Below, piece by piece: positions 1 to 11,726 of a stretch of 52,404 nt of DNA. How positions within the stretch are numbered: position 1 is the first letter of the stretch; every line of letters starts with the position of its first letter. The stretch lies in contig NW_004799038.1 of the NCBI RefSeq assembly GCF_000002075.1, forward strand, positions 14,277-66,680, given 5' to 3'. The translations under genes and the position numbers were made by a program. The stretch comes from Aplysia californica (Eukaryota). The notes below the pieces were generated by a model that was not told the DNA's origin, did not search any database, and was given only the letters and a program-made list of their open reading frames with translations.

Positions 1-1138
1 CCCAACAAATAATATATTATGGTGACTTAAGTTTTTCGTTAATTTATGACACTGTATGTTTTTGATAACATGACCATCATCATCATCATCATCATCATTG
101 TTGTAAGTTTGAAAAGAGAAATAAAAAGTATTCCTTGGAGACTTGAGTTTTTCGTAAATTTATGACACTATAATCACCATCATCATAAAAAAATGTTTCA
201 GCCTGTTACACGCACAACAGTTTTAGTAGATCATTCTGTTTGTAACAATTTCCGAGAACCATTTTGATAGATTGTTGTTCGTTTTAGTAGAGGTTTTACG
301 GCGCTCGCGAATACATAAGGTCATATGAGCGCCAAGCGGTGGATGTCAATAGAGACGTCCTTACAGGGAATCGGACTTACTCTGCTCACATCTCTAGCTT
401 CAACAGCACAAGATCTGCTTCAACTATCAAGGCACCCCGGAAAGAGCGGGTCACAAGAGTGTGACAAAAATACAAAAGAAGTAAGGGCAAGATGACGATA
501 GTAAGGATTAGGAAAGTAATAGCAGCTGCTCCCTGTTGCAGTTCGGCACAGTTATGAGCATTATATTATTGTTGAATCAGCCCATTTACAATTCTACTGT
601 GCATAAGATCAAGTTAATGCCACCCCCCCCCCCCCCTTTTTCGGGAATGGCATAAAGACACTTCAGTCAGTGGCACCGCCCCTGGGGGGATTTAAGAGAT
701 TGGGTGAGCTGAAGAGTACCAAAGACAAATAAACCTTTCTGAAGATTTAACGTCAAACCCTACGGAGCGGGGAACCGAACTCACAACTTTTTATCTTTAA
801 GTCAAAACGTTGTGCAGTTCAACTTTATATCAGATATTGCAACCGCAGGACGCTCGACGATAAAATAATGTCCCTCAGACTCTTGAGCAAAATGTAGGTG
901 TATTTAGACAAAGTTTTCCTCATTTCACAAAACTCAGAAACGTCACCGGTGTCTGTGGTGTGACGTCATGGCGCACGCTGTCACACGTAGAAGACACCTG
1001 TTCGAGTCCCGTATGGAGAGGATTGGTTATCGAGTATCTGGATGTTTTTGCAGTGACATAATATTCCTCTCAGCCCGGGTAGGCTTTGACAGGCAGAGTC
1101 GAAGGTCCGCCTTCTAAATTATTTCAATACATTTTGTC

Positions 1139-1495
1139 AGTGGTGCTGACAGTCTAGCGGCTAGACTGCCGAACTCGTAATCGTGAGGTTGTGGGGTCGG
1201 GAGTTCGAGCCTCAGGCCCGACGTTGTGTTCTCGGGAAAGACACTTTACGCGAATGTTCCTCACTTCACCCAGATGTAAATGGGTGCCCGGCCACAGATA
1301 GCGAAAATTCCTGTCAGTATGTTAGTGTTTAGCGTCTTTAAGCGTCTTTAAAACGGCAGCTTACACTGTAGGCTTCTCAGGAAGTTGAGTTTATTTTAGA
1401 ATGCTATCGGGTCTGCTGGGGGGATAATGTAGATTGTGAAGTGCACAGAGCTTGCGGGTGAGCGGGAATTTGAGCGATACAAAAATGTTATATAT
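1139..1495 (+). mobile_element. tRNA-derived SINE with conserved central core (Meta/MESC-like)
   Basis: A-box-like agtctagcgg and B box gagttcgagcc (1201-1211). Core gttgtgttctcgggaaagacacttt...cacccagatgtaaatgggt and an AT-rich tail. Paralogs at 19394 and 35759. Confidence 0.75.
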
Positions 1496-1555
1496 ATAAT
1501 GTTACTATAGAAACATTGGATTTTAAAAACGCACAGGATGGTCAACCACTGCATA

Positions 1556-1993
1556 TGTGAGGCAGCGTGGTGGAATCAGGCTCTCGTCAAATAATCAAAG
1601 TGAAAAAACTTGCATTTTTCCGCAGCTTGGTGAATTTTTATCGAATTTTTGTTTTTGAGCTCAACACCTGTCATGCCCATTAACGAACTCATTTCAGTGT
1701 GGATTTTTTTCAGAAAAACGTTGCTTAAAGGCACAAAAAATGTAAATTTTCAGTTACCACGGACTATTAAGCTAAGGAAATAACTAATCTTTGGCGGCCA
1801 TTTTCTCTCTAATTTTACCTCTGAAAACAGGTGGTCCTCACCTCTTTCTTTCGCAAATATCTCGACTTGTATTCAAGGTAAATGGATATTTTTTCCATCT
1901 AAATAAAGACAAGTGAACAAGCTTTAAGATGATACCAATAACCCCACATGCCCCAAAATTGACGAGAACCTGATTCCATCACGATGCCTCACA
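1556..1993. mobile_element. MITE, about 440 bp, 35-bp TIR, TA (or ATAT) target
   Basis: TIR TGTGAGGCAGCGTGGTGGAATCAGGCTCTCGTCAA with an imperfect inverted copy at the right end, flanked by TA. Confidence 0.85.
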
Positions 1994-2004
1994 TAATATA
2001 GTGA

Positions 2005-2725
2005 TTCAATCCATATTTACACTGATGGATCAGCCTTCAAGAGCACTATTGATGCAGGCTTTTGAGAAAGAATAGAACATGCTGACGAGACGTGCGAAGA
2101 AGTATGTCATGCCTGTGGTACTTCTTGTACAAATTATGAGACTGAGGCCATCGCCACTGAAGCCGTAATCCTCCACTTGACTAACATTTTCATTATGTAA
2201 CCAGAAAAAAATCAAGGATACTGTAATCTTCAAAGACGGAAAATCAGTACTCCAAGTTTTGGAAAACATGAATTTCGAAAGCCCAGCTTGCATGTCTGTG
2301 GCTCTGACCATTAACACCTTGATGTAGACCTATGGCGTCGACTTGACTTTACAGTGGATACCTGGCCACAGCAGCATCCCGGGCAAGAAGGAAGCATCAT
2401 AAACCCAAACGACAGTCAAGAACATCATCAAATGCAACACCAGGGAACAGTGGCTGAATGGAAGGACAGAGGGCAAAACTGGAAGAGTTGTAATTGCACA
2501 CATGACTGCTCCCAACTCAAAAGACGCAATAAATTCCCTGAGTAGAATAGAACAAGTGACTATCTTTCGCCTGCGAACACAACACATCCCACTCAATTCC
2601 TACATAAATAGCATCCGCAAGGATACCCCACCTGAAAATCCGTTGTGTGACTGCTAGGATGAAACAGTGTCACACTAGCTCTTTACCTGCCCTGCACTTG
2701 ACAGCCTGCGTTGCACTTACCAATG
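2005..2725 (+). mobile_element. Degraded non-LTR retrotransposon 3' region (RNase H plus CCHC knuckle; I/Nimb/Ingi group)
   Basis: Translates to IHIYTDGSAF ... LQWIPGHSSIP ... IFRLRTQHIPLN, with stops and frameshifts. Confidence 0.75.
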
Positions 2726-3323
2726 ATAGAAATCTTTAAATTCTTTGCCACATCGACAGGCCGAAGATCTAGAACCCACTCAGNNNNNNNNNNNNNNNNN
2801 NNNNNNNNNNNNNNNNNNNNNNNNNNNNNNNNNNNNNNNNNNNNNNNNNNNNNNNNNNNNNNNNNNNNNNNNNNNNNNNNNNNACCCGATTCTGTTGTGG
2901 GAGGCCGCCAGTAAACGAAGACATTACTAGTAAGTCTATGGATTTTGTTCGGATTGGGTTTTTTTCTTTTTGTTTGTGATTTTTTTTCACCGTTTTGTTC
3001 GTCAGACACGTAGGCGTGATATCATTTTTNNNNNNNNNNNNNNNNNNNNNNNNNNNNNNNNNNNNNNNNNNNNNNNNNNNNNNNNNNNNNNNNNNNNNNN
3101 NNNNNNNNNNNNNNNNNNNNNNNNNNNNNNNNNNNNNNNNNNNNNNNNNNNNNNNNNNNNNNNNNNNNNNNNNNNNNNNNNNNNNNNNNNNNNNNNNNNN
3201 NNNNNNNNNNNNNNNNNNNNNNNNNNNNNNNNNNNNNNNNNNNNNNNNNNAACAAAGAGATACTCTCTTGTTGACGGAAGGCGCCACTCGTAAGTGCCAC
3301 CTCTGTTTTTCCTCCATCACATT

Positions 3324-3326
<3 letters not shown>

Positions 3327-3398
<72 letters not shown>
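3327..3398. repeat. (TGTC)n microsatellite
   Basis: Direct inspection. Confidence 0.95.
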
Positions 3399-3399
<1 letters not shown>

Positions 3400-3744
3400 C
3401 GTACCCAGCACTCTCTTGACCGACCGAGCCATCGTGTCGACGTGCAATTCTCAACACAAGCAAACAAAACAAAATATACCCAGACTCGAACCCCTGCTCT
3501 CCAGGCGTGATGGCCATGCTGGAATGCAACGAACCCCGCCACTCCTCCTACTCTTCCCAGTCTGACGACCAACCAAGGGTCACTATGACGTCACTCGACT
3601 GGGAGTTTTGTAAGCGAATCAGGTGAACCACACCCGACTTTCCTCCCTTTAAAGCGGCTCGCGTCTGAGGTCCTGTGTAGAAATGATGACCAGTGGATCT
3701 TAATGACAACTCTCACATGAGGAGAAATGTTCTGAAGAATCCTC

Positions 3745-3758
3745 CATCATCGTCATCG

Positions 3759-3813
<55 letters not shown>
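3745..3813. repeat. (CAT)n microsatellite (also about 76-98 and 4137-4187)
   Basis: Direct inspection. Confidence 0.95.
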
Positions 3814-4136
3814 TGTTTAAAAAGCAGAGTAGGTAGGGAAAGTCTTGCTTGGCTTACAGACAAAAAATATAAATATAAAATGTTTAAAATTTGATTTGTT
3901 GGATCCGTTCGACGTTTCACCACGTAGGCATCCTNNNNNNNNNNNNNNNNNNNNNNNNNNNNNNNNNNNNNNNNNNNNNNNNNNNNNNNNNNNNNNNNNN
4001 NNNNNNNNNNNNNNNNNNNNNNNNNNNNNNNNNNNNNNNNNNNNNNNNNNNNNNNNNNNNNNNCCAACAAATAATATATTATGGTGACTTAAGTTTTTCG
4101 TTAATTTATGACACTGTATGTTTTTGATAACATCAC

Positions 4137-4187
<51 letters not shown>

Positions 4188-4981
4188 TGTTGTAAGTTTG
4201 AAAAGAGAAATAAAAAGTATTCCATGGAGACTTGAGCTTTTCGTAAATTTATGACACTATAATCACCATCATCATAAAAAAGTGTTTCAGCCTGTTACAC
4301 GCACAACAGTTTTAGTAGATCATTCTGTTTGTAACATTTTCCGAGAACCATTTTGATAGATTGTTGTTTGTTTTAGTAGAGGTTTTACGGCGCTCGCGAA
4401 TACATAAGGTCATGAGCGCCAAGCGGTGGATGTCAACAGAGACGTCCTTACAGGGAATCGGACTTACTCTGCTCACCTCTCTAGCTTCAACAGCACAAGA
4501 TCTGCTTCAACTATCAAGGCACCCCGGAAAGAGCGGGTCACAAGAGTGTGACAAAAATACAAAAGAAGTAAGGGCAAGATGACGATAGTAAGGATTAGGA
4601 AAGAAATAGCAACAGCTCCCTGTTGCAGTTCGGCACAGTTATGAGCATTATATCGTTGAATCAGCCCATTTACAATTCTACTGTGCATAAGATTAAGTTA
4701 ATGCCCCCCTCCCCTCCCCTTCGGGAATGGCATAAAGACACTTCAGTCAGTGGCACCGCCCCTGGGGGGATTTACGAGATTGGGTGAACTGAAGAGTAAC
4801 AAAGACAAATAAACCTTTCTGAAGATGTAACGTCAAACCCTACGGAGCGGGGAACCGAACTCACAACTTTTTATTTTTAAGTCCAAACGTTATGCAGTTC
4901 AACTTTATATCAGATATTGCAACCGCAGGACGCTCGACGATAAAATAATGTCCCTCAGACTCTTGAGCAAAATGTCGGTGT

Positions 4982-5216
4982 GAAAAATGGTGAAATGGTA
5001 TGGGTTTAACGCCTCTATCAACACTATTAGGTTATTTAAGGGGCGAGACCTCCTAGTTTAACGTCCGTCTCCGATAAGACCGAGCCATGTGAGAAGTTCG
5101 TGTAAAGTGCCTTTCCCAAGGACAAAACGTCGGACTGAGCTGAGGCTCAAACCCCCGAACCCGCAATCTCACGATTACGAGTCCGGTAGCCTAACCACTA
5201 GGCTACCGACGCCACT
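4982..5216 (-). mobile_element. tRNA-derived SINE with 11-bp TSD
   Basis: TSD AATGTCGGTGT at 4971-4981 and 5217-5227; the empty site is at about 891-901 in the duplicate copy. Head and core match the 1139 SINE but the 3' tail differs. Confidence 0.85.
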
Positions 5217-5789
5217 AATGTCGGTGTATTTAGACAAAGTTTTCCTCATTTCACAAAACTCAGAAACGTCACCGGCGTCTGTGGTGTGACGTCATGGCGC
5301 ACGCCGTCACAGGCAGAAGACACCTGTTCGAGTGCCGTGTGGAGGGGATTGGTTATCGAGTATCTCGGTCTTTTTGCAGTGACATTATTGCGAAGTGTGC
5401 TGACAAAATGAGTTACTTCTCGGATTCAAGCCTTTTATGGAAATAGAAACATCATGCTTATTATAGGTGAAGATTTTACAATAATTTATAAGTATGAAAT
5501 AATAAGAGGCATGTTATACATAAAGAAGAGAGCAGCAATAGAAAATTTATAGACCCTCGTGTTGAGTTTTGGCAAATATCTCCATTTGTGGATTGCGATA
5601 AGAAACCCATTTTGTCGGCACGCCTCATATGTTCCTCTCAGCCCGGGTAGGCCTTGACAGGCAGAGTTGATGGTCCGCCTTCTAAATTATTTGTGAGGCA
5701 GCGTGGTGGAATCATGCTCTCGTCATTATTTGGGCATGTAGAGTTATTGGTGTCATCTTAAGGCTTGTTCAGTTGTCTTTATTTTGATG

Positions 5790-6465
5790 AAAAATCAGTA
5801 CTCCGAACTTTGGAAAACATGAATTTCGAAAGCCCAGCTTGCATGTCTGTGACTCTAACAATTAACACATTCATGTAGACCTATGGCGTCGACTTGACTT
5901 TACAGTGGATACCTGGCCACAGCAGCATCCCGGGAAACGACAGAGCAGACACCCTGGCCAAGAAGGAAGCATCATAAACCCAAACGACAGTCAAGAACAT
6001 CATCAAATGCAACACCAGGGAACAGTGGCTGAATGGAAGTACAGAGGGCAAAACTGGAAGAGTTGTAATTGCACACATGACCATCATCAGCATTATCATC
6101 ATCATCATCATCATTACCGACTCAACAATTCCCCTTTCATATAACAATCTGCACCATCACTTTCTTTTTACGTAACCAACAAAAACGGGCACCAAAATCA
6201 GGACACGCGGAAAAAAATTAATTAAAAAATTGCACAAATGACTGCTCCCAACTCAAAAAATGCACTATATCCCCTTAGTAGAATAGATCAAGTGACTATC
6301 TTTCGTCTGCGAACACAACACATCCCACTGAATTCCTACCTAAATAGGATCCGCAAGGATACCCCACCTGACTGTCCGTTGTGTGACTGCTAGGATGAAA
6401 CAGTAACAGTACACCAGCTCTTTACCTGCCCTGCACTTGACAGCCTGCGTAGCACCTACCTATGA
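5790..6465 (+). mobile_element. Duplicate of the degraded RNase H-bearing LINE fragment
   Basis: LQWIPGHSSIPGNDRADTLAK motif at about 5900-5962 and a CPLCDC..ETV..H.LFTC zinc knuckle at about 6373-6430. Confidence 0.75.
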
Positions 6466-7629
6466 TAGAAATATTTAAATTCTTTGCCACATCGACAGGC
6501 CGAAGATCTAGAACCCACCCAGATAGCTGTTGTATCATAAAAGTACAAACTGGGCCCCCTTTCGATGAAAGGAATGATCGGTGCATAAAAATCAACTGAA
6601 AGTTATTTTCCTTCTATATTTACACTCAACATGAATGGAGCAATAAATCTTGAGAGAAAAGTGACACATATGCTTTCAAGTTGCCAAATATATAATAGAC
6701 AAAGGAGTCCAGAAAAAGCGATGATGGGCATCAAACGAAAGGATCACAGTCGAATTTAGCACCAAGTGAAAAAAGAAAACAGGAGGTTGGATCTACACGG
6801 GTCGTGCACTTAAAAAAGTGCTCAGAATTGCGCGACAATGCGCGATAGTATCGAACGGAAGTACGACTTGAAATAAACAAAGCTGGTGGATTTTCTAAAA
6901 TTACAGAGACAGAAGCGTCGGCCTACAAAAGCTATCGGCGAAATAAACAAATTTTGCTTTTTGCAGCAAAACTGCCTCAAAACAGAAAAAAACGAAGCGC
7001 GTAATGATCTGGAGAATATTTTTAAAAATCTTTTGGCGAAAACCACATGTCGATCAATGCATCCATTAATAAGCCTTTTTGAATAGCAAAATTCGCCAAT
7101 ACAAATAGAGAATAGAAAGCGAAGTAAACCCGCAGAAATGTCCGACAAAGCAGGACAACGTCCTAAAGATTAAGCACACGAGGGACTGTTCGCATCAATG
7201 GGATTGTTTAATTCAAGGCAAATCATCCCCATCATTTATTCAAATATCAGCTGAAGTCGTTTCTGTTTTTAAATTATTAAGATGAATATTTGGAATAATT
7301 TTCTTTTTAGTCAGAACACAACGTTTTATGTTACTGTTGTATGTTGTACTGTATTGCAAAGCACTCAGAGTGGGTGGTTGGCGGGTGCTCTGGTGTGATT
7401 TGCTCCTTCTTTCGTATCAAACATGTATAATCCTTATCTCCTCTTCTTCTTTTTTATGTTTGTTACCCTCTTGCAACACTTCTAATCTTCTGGCGCTCTT
7501 ATGACCTTATGCAGTTGTGAGCGCCGTAAAACCTCTATTAAAACTAAAACTAAAAACACTCAGAGCCTGTGTACTTTATTCGGGGTTGAGCGCTATATAA
7601 ATGTCATTTATTATTTATCATTATTATTA

Positions 7630-7884
7630 TCAAGTGCCATATCTGCGGAACACCTTGGTGAGCATAGTTTGCCAATCAGTGCTTTGCTCGGATGCTCTTA
7701 AAAAAGCTACGTTACCCTGATCTTTCCCCGCTCCCCTTCTGTTTAGGCTCTCCAAATAGGTTGCTCTGGGCCTACCCCTGCCTCGTTTGCCTTCAATTTT
7801 GCCAGCGACAGCTAGATGTTCAAGATCTTTATGTCTATTCAGGTGTTCCAAAAACTGCATTTGTCTTTTCCTGACCTTTTCCAT
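7630..7884 (-). mobile_element. RTE-clade LINE 3' fragment upstream of copy A (paralogs 19880-20165, 36247-36534)
   Basis: KRQMQFLEHLNRHKDLEHLAVAGKIEGKRGRGRPR matches the RTE ORF2 C-terminus, followed by a simple-repeat tail. Confidence 0.8.
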
Positions 7885-7886
7885 CA

Positions 7887-8184
7887 GTAATAATAATAGT
7901 AATAAATAGAATTTGTATTGCGCATGTCCCCACTCGAAAGTAGGCTCTATGCGCTTTACACTATATTATTATCCAAGCAGACCATAGAATACCCAGAAAC
8001 ATTCTCATCTTACCGGGAAGCATACAGTGCTAGCAGCTGGTTAAGCGCTCTAACACTAACAAACTGACAAGATCTTTCACTGTCTATAGCTGGGTACCCA
8101 TTCCTACCCGGGTGAAGTGCGGGAAATTCGTGTAAAGTTCCTTGCCCAAGGACACAACGTCGAGTCCGGTAGCCTAACCACTAG
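7887..8184 (-). mobile_element. tRNA-derived SINE, internally deleted head, (TTA)n-type tail
   Basis: Reverse complement of the SINE core (tgggtacccatt...ccttgcccaaggacacaac). Absent from the homologous upstream regions of B and D. Confidence 0.7.
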
Positions 8185-8877
8185 TAAGCGTCCCACGCGG
8201 GCTTCCTCAAGTATTATCTCATTTGATTTCTTTTCATTTCCAAGATATAAAGGCAAATAAATAATGATAATGATGACGTGAGCTCAGATCGATGAACGAA
8301 CATGTGGTGTGTTTGTCGCGATCCCTTCGAGTCGGTTCGTAATTTACTTACATACAACTTAGTTCATCATTCCGTAGGATGCTAATTGTCACCTCATGAT
8401 AAGCTGCTCAAGAAAAAATCGGTTGTGGTAATGAGCAAACGAGGATGAAGCCAGACGGAATAAAGATTTTTATTTTGAACCTGACAAACGAAGGCATTTA
8501 TTTACCCCTTTCGAGGGTCAATATAGTCACTACTATGACGGTGACATTTAGATATTTGTAACTCTATGCCGAATGTTTCCTCAAATGATTACAATAATGG
8601 TTATAATAGACGTTTACCACTGATTTTCAGCATAATTGAACAAATTCAACCACCCAGTCTTATTAATTAAGTATAATTAAAAATTAAGTAACATAGAAAC
8701 TATTATAGCAATTATCAATACATTCTTGTTATACAATTTTTAAAAATGTAATCACAATCTTTAACAAAAAAAAGTGTCGTAATGTTAGAGTGCAATGGAA
8801 GAACACAAAGACAGAACGATGTAAAATGATCATTCTTTATGTCGTTGATTAAGTCCTGGTTTCCTTTGTTCTGAGTG

Positions 8878-8884
8878 TATAAAT
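8878..8884 (+). promoter_or_regulatory. Putative TATA box (TATAAAT) of copy A; same motif at 20797, 37164 and 38634
   Basis: Lies 63 bp upstream of the first ATG in all four exon-1 copies, within an invariant context gagtgtataaatcaagg. No transcript evidence. Confidence 0.5.
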
Positions 8885-8940
8885 CAAGGTCTGTGCCTGA
8901 AATAGGAGAGGAGCCTAGTGCTAAAGTAACTGTGGTGTCG

Positions 8941-10601
8941 ATGTCCCACACGTCTCTCCCACCCAGAATGTCGAGTTCACATTTGTGGGGAAACAACTCA
9001 ACTTACTCTCTCAACGAGAGCGTGAACTTGCCAATAACCACGCCATCACCTGGGGTACAATATGCACAAATCGTAAGCGACGAGCAGTGGTACATTTTCC
9101 AAGTGGTCAACGCGGTGGTCATCGCTGGTCTCCTCAGTCTGTTCGGCGTGGTCTCCAACATCATCAACATTGTGGTGTTTGCCAAGCAAGGCTTTCAGGA
9201 CAGCATGAACATCAGCCTCATGGGTAAGATGGCAATTATCACATCGACAGTTTCTTATAACTAATGTGTCTTTACAGCAGTTTTGGAATAGAACATAACC
9301 CATGTAAGTGTTTGGAAATAATAGACATAAGATTGAATAAATATTGCACACAGCACATTTACATTCTGTCGTAAAGCTGCTCTCCTACTCAAAGCCCAGA
9401 AATCATTTTCTATTTATTCAGGGGAGAGGGAAAAATAGTGCCCTTTTTTGAAATTGCACCCTCATTGTGTATCCCTTTTTGGTTTTTTAAGATTTACAAT
9501 TTGAATGTCAGTAAAGTATTTCTTAAGAACATGCACCGATACCACAGAATAACAAAATGCAATTTTTAAAAAAGATTCAAAATTGTTGGGCTTGGTAATC
9601 TGAATCACTATTGGAAATACCTTTCTCTCTCATGTACTCTACACTAGTGAATACTAAACTGTTTGTTTTGTTTTTATTTGTGTTTTTACCGAGGACTACT
9701 ATACTCATATAGTAGTCCTTGGTTTCTACATAACTATATGAAGTATGTTTTTCCATCCCGTAAACTGTTTATCATTTCAGGGCTCGCTGTGGCTGACCTT
9801 TGCTCCCTGGTGACCATGATATGGATAAGCATTTGCATGAACCCACTCTTCTACTTTTCTGACTTGCCCTTTGACTCAACGGATATCTTGTACCTCACGG
9901 GGTCCACGCCGCACGTACTCTTTGTCAAAATTGCCACTTTTATCACCGCCTTCATCACCTTCGAACGATGTCTGTGTATCGCTGTCCCTCTGAAGGTGAA
10001 GACGATCATCACACCGGGAAGGACAAAGACAATTATTATCTTCATCTACATTACAATACCCGTTTTGATTATCCCCTTCATCCTTGGCCACAGGTTTGAG
10101 TGGGTTTTCGATTTCACCAGGAATGCCACTATACTAAGATCTACCTACACGGCTGACAGAGAAATGCTAGAAGCCATTTCGTTTCTCACTCTGGGTGTAT
10201 TTGGTACGACATTTTCCTTTGTCTTCGTCATCTGCTGTACCATCGTTCTCATCGTCAAACTCAACAGTAAAACAAAATGGCGACAGGCCACTGCAGCCAA
10301 GTCTGATCGTGCAGCGGAAGGAGTTGGGGTCAAAGATCAAAAGGTTGTGAAAATGGTGACCTTCATCGCTGTCATTTTCATCGTCTGTGCCGTACCTCCG
10401 ACACTCTTGTTTTTCTATATGGCGATTGACCCAAGTTTCCGTTTTTTTGGCGTCTATAAAAATCTCTATCTTATCATTTGGACTTCATCATTTCTGACAG
10501 AAACTGTCAACTCTAGCGTGAATATATTTGTGTATCTGAAAATGAGTTCGAAATACCGAGCTGTGTTTATGAAAACCTTTTGGAACAAGGAGGAAAAATA
10601 A
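8941..10601 (+). CDS. Receptor copy A: two-exon class A (rhodopsin-like) 7TM GPCR, gastropod chemosensory-receptor-like; exons 8941-9223 and 9781-10601, 367 aa
   Basis: Exon 1 ends ATG G|gtaag and the intron ends atcatttcag|GG CTC, giving in-frame NISLM-GLAVADL. Seven hydrophobic segments. Motifs: TM1 SNIINIVVF, TM2 LAVAD, TM3 TFERCLC, TM6 FIVCAVPP, TM7 NSSVNIFVY. N-terminal N-glycosylation sequons NNST and NES. The start could instead be the second ATG at 8968. Confidence 0.92.
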
Positions 10602-10885
10602 CTTTTCAGCTGCAGAGAAGAGGAAAATTATCTACTTGAAAAAGAACGAAGAAATATCAATCCTATAAAATAAGATAAGATAAACTGTATTACGTTTGTT
10701 GTCCAGATGCTGGCGCATTGNNNNNNNNNNNNNNNNNNNNNNNNNNNNNNNNNNNNNNNNNNNNNNNNNNNNNNNNNNNNNNNNNNNNNNNNNNNNNNNN
10801 NNNNNNNNNNNNNNNNNNNNNNNNNNNNNNNNNNNNNNNNNNNNNNNNNNNNNNNNNNNNNNNNNNNNNNGTACATTACACTTGC

Positions 10886-11648
10886 CAGTGGCGGTGGGTA
10901 GTGAACGGCTCCCGGGCTTGAGCCCCCCCCCCCCCACCTCCCCAATTGTATCCCAAAGTCATGGGAGTTTCTTAACTAAGGAAATAAGCCGTTAAAACCG
11001 TTATGATAGCATGCAATGAACGTAGAGTGATCAACTTGACGGTTTGCTCGTTTATCCAATCACTGTTGTCCCCGCTTACAACTATAGTAACCTAACAGCC
11101 AATCAAATTTCAGTAGGGTTCAGCCCAGGATGAGCCCATTCCCACGCCACTTTTGTAATGAAACTCTCCTTACAGAAAGTAAAAGACAGGAAAAAATAAC
11201 ACTCTACTGAAGGCTCACGCTCTCCTAGCCCTGACAATGGGATGAAAGTTTACGACACACTTTCCTCCAGTGACACAGATACCTACGCTCTCAATGGACC
11301 TTTGTTAGGTACGTCCTACTTTCTGCGACTACACGGCCTAATCCAGCTCATAGACAGAATATGTTTGAAGTGCTGTGTGTGCATGGTTGTGCTTGTGCGC
11401 TGAGATTTAACAGTTACAAATCACGTCGATTCCACTTTTATGCCAGCTTTTTCATTCAGAAAAATCTAACTTAAAACAAAGAGATGGAAGACAAAGGTGA
11501 CCCTTCTCGTTTGGATGGTTCTTAGAATGCCGTGGCTCACGTGATTATAGAGAAATCAGCACTAGTTAGGTCTTATTGCATGTTATTTGGTGGAAATGAC
11601 TGGATTTGCTGAAGCCCCACCCAAACTTTGGTTCACCCACCGCCACAG
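10886..11648. mobile_element. Non-autonomous hAT-type DNA transposon downstream of copy A
   Basis: Termini CAGTGGCGGTGGGT...ACCCACCGCCACAG. The 8-bp TSD is degenerate here (acacttgc/acacctac) but perfect in the paralogs. Confidence 0.8.
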
Positions 11649-11693
11649 ACACCTACACAATGGGGGGGGGGGGGTTCTCGTGGTCGAGAGGTT

Positions 11694-11726
<33 letters not shown>

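Larger units (their letters stand above)
1..6520 (+). repeat. Direct segmental duplication: 1-2783 repeated at 4064-6520 with differential insertions and deletions
   Basis: Both copies start ccaacaaataatatattatggtgac and end agatctagaacccac and are high-identity over long blocks. They are separated by N gaps. Confidence 0.85.

Noticed and set aside
961-968. Multiple CRE palindromes TGACGTCA (also about 3587, 5287, 14394, 16550)
   Set aside because: Most are embedded in repeats and lie kilobases from the receptor starts, so there is no positional support for function.
2683-4127. Long ORFs with X runs or RQTD/SVCL repeats
   Set aside because: Artefacts of N gaps and the (TGTC)n microsatellite.
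6520-7150. Possible DNA transposon (CpG-richer block absent from paralogous spacers)
   Set aside because: Neither TIRs nor a TSD could be identified by eye, so it is left unannotated.
9663-9780. Single-exon receptor starts given by the ORF track (also 21843, 40323, 45346; and GTG starts at 8875, 20794, 37161, 38631)
   Set aside because: These extensions are intron or 5' flank and differ between copies. The spliced model restores TM1 and uses conserved GT-AG sites.
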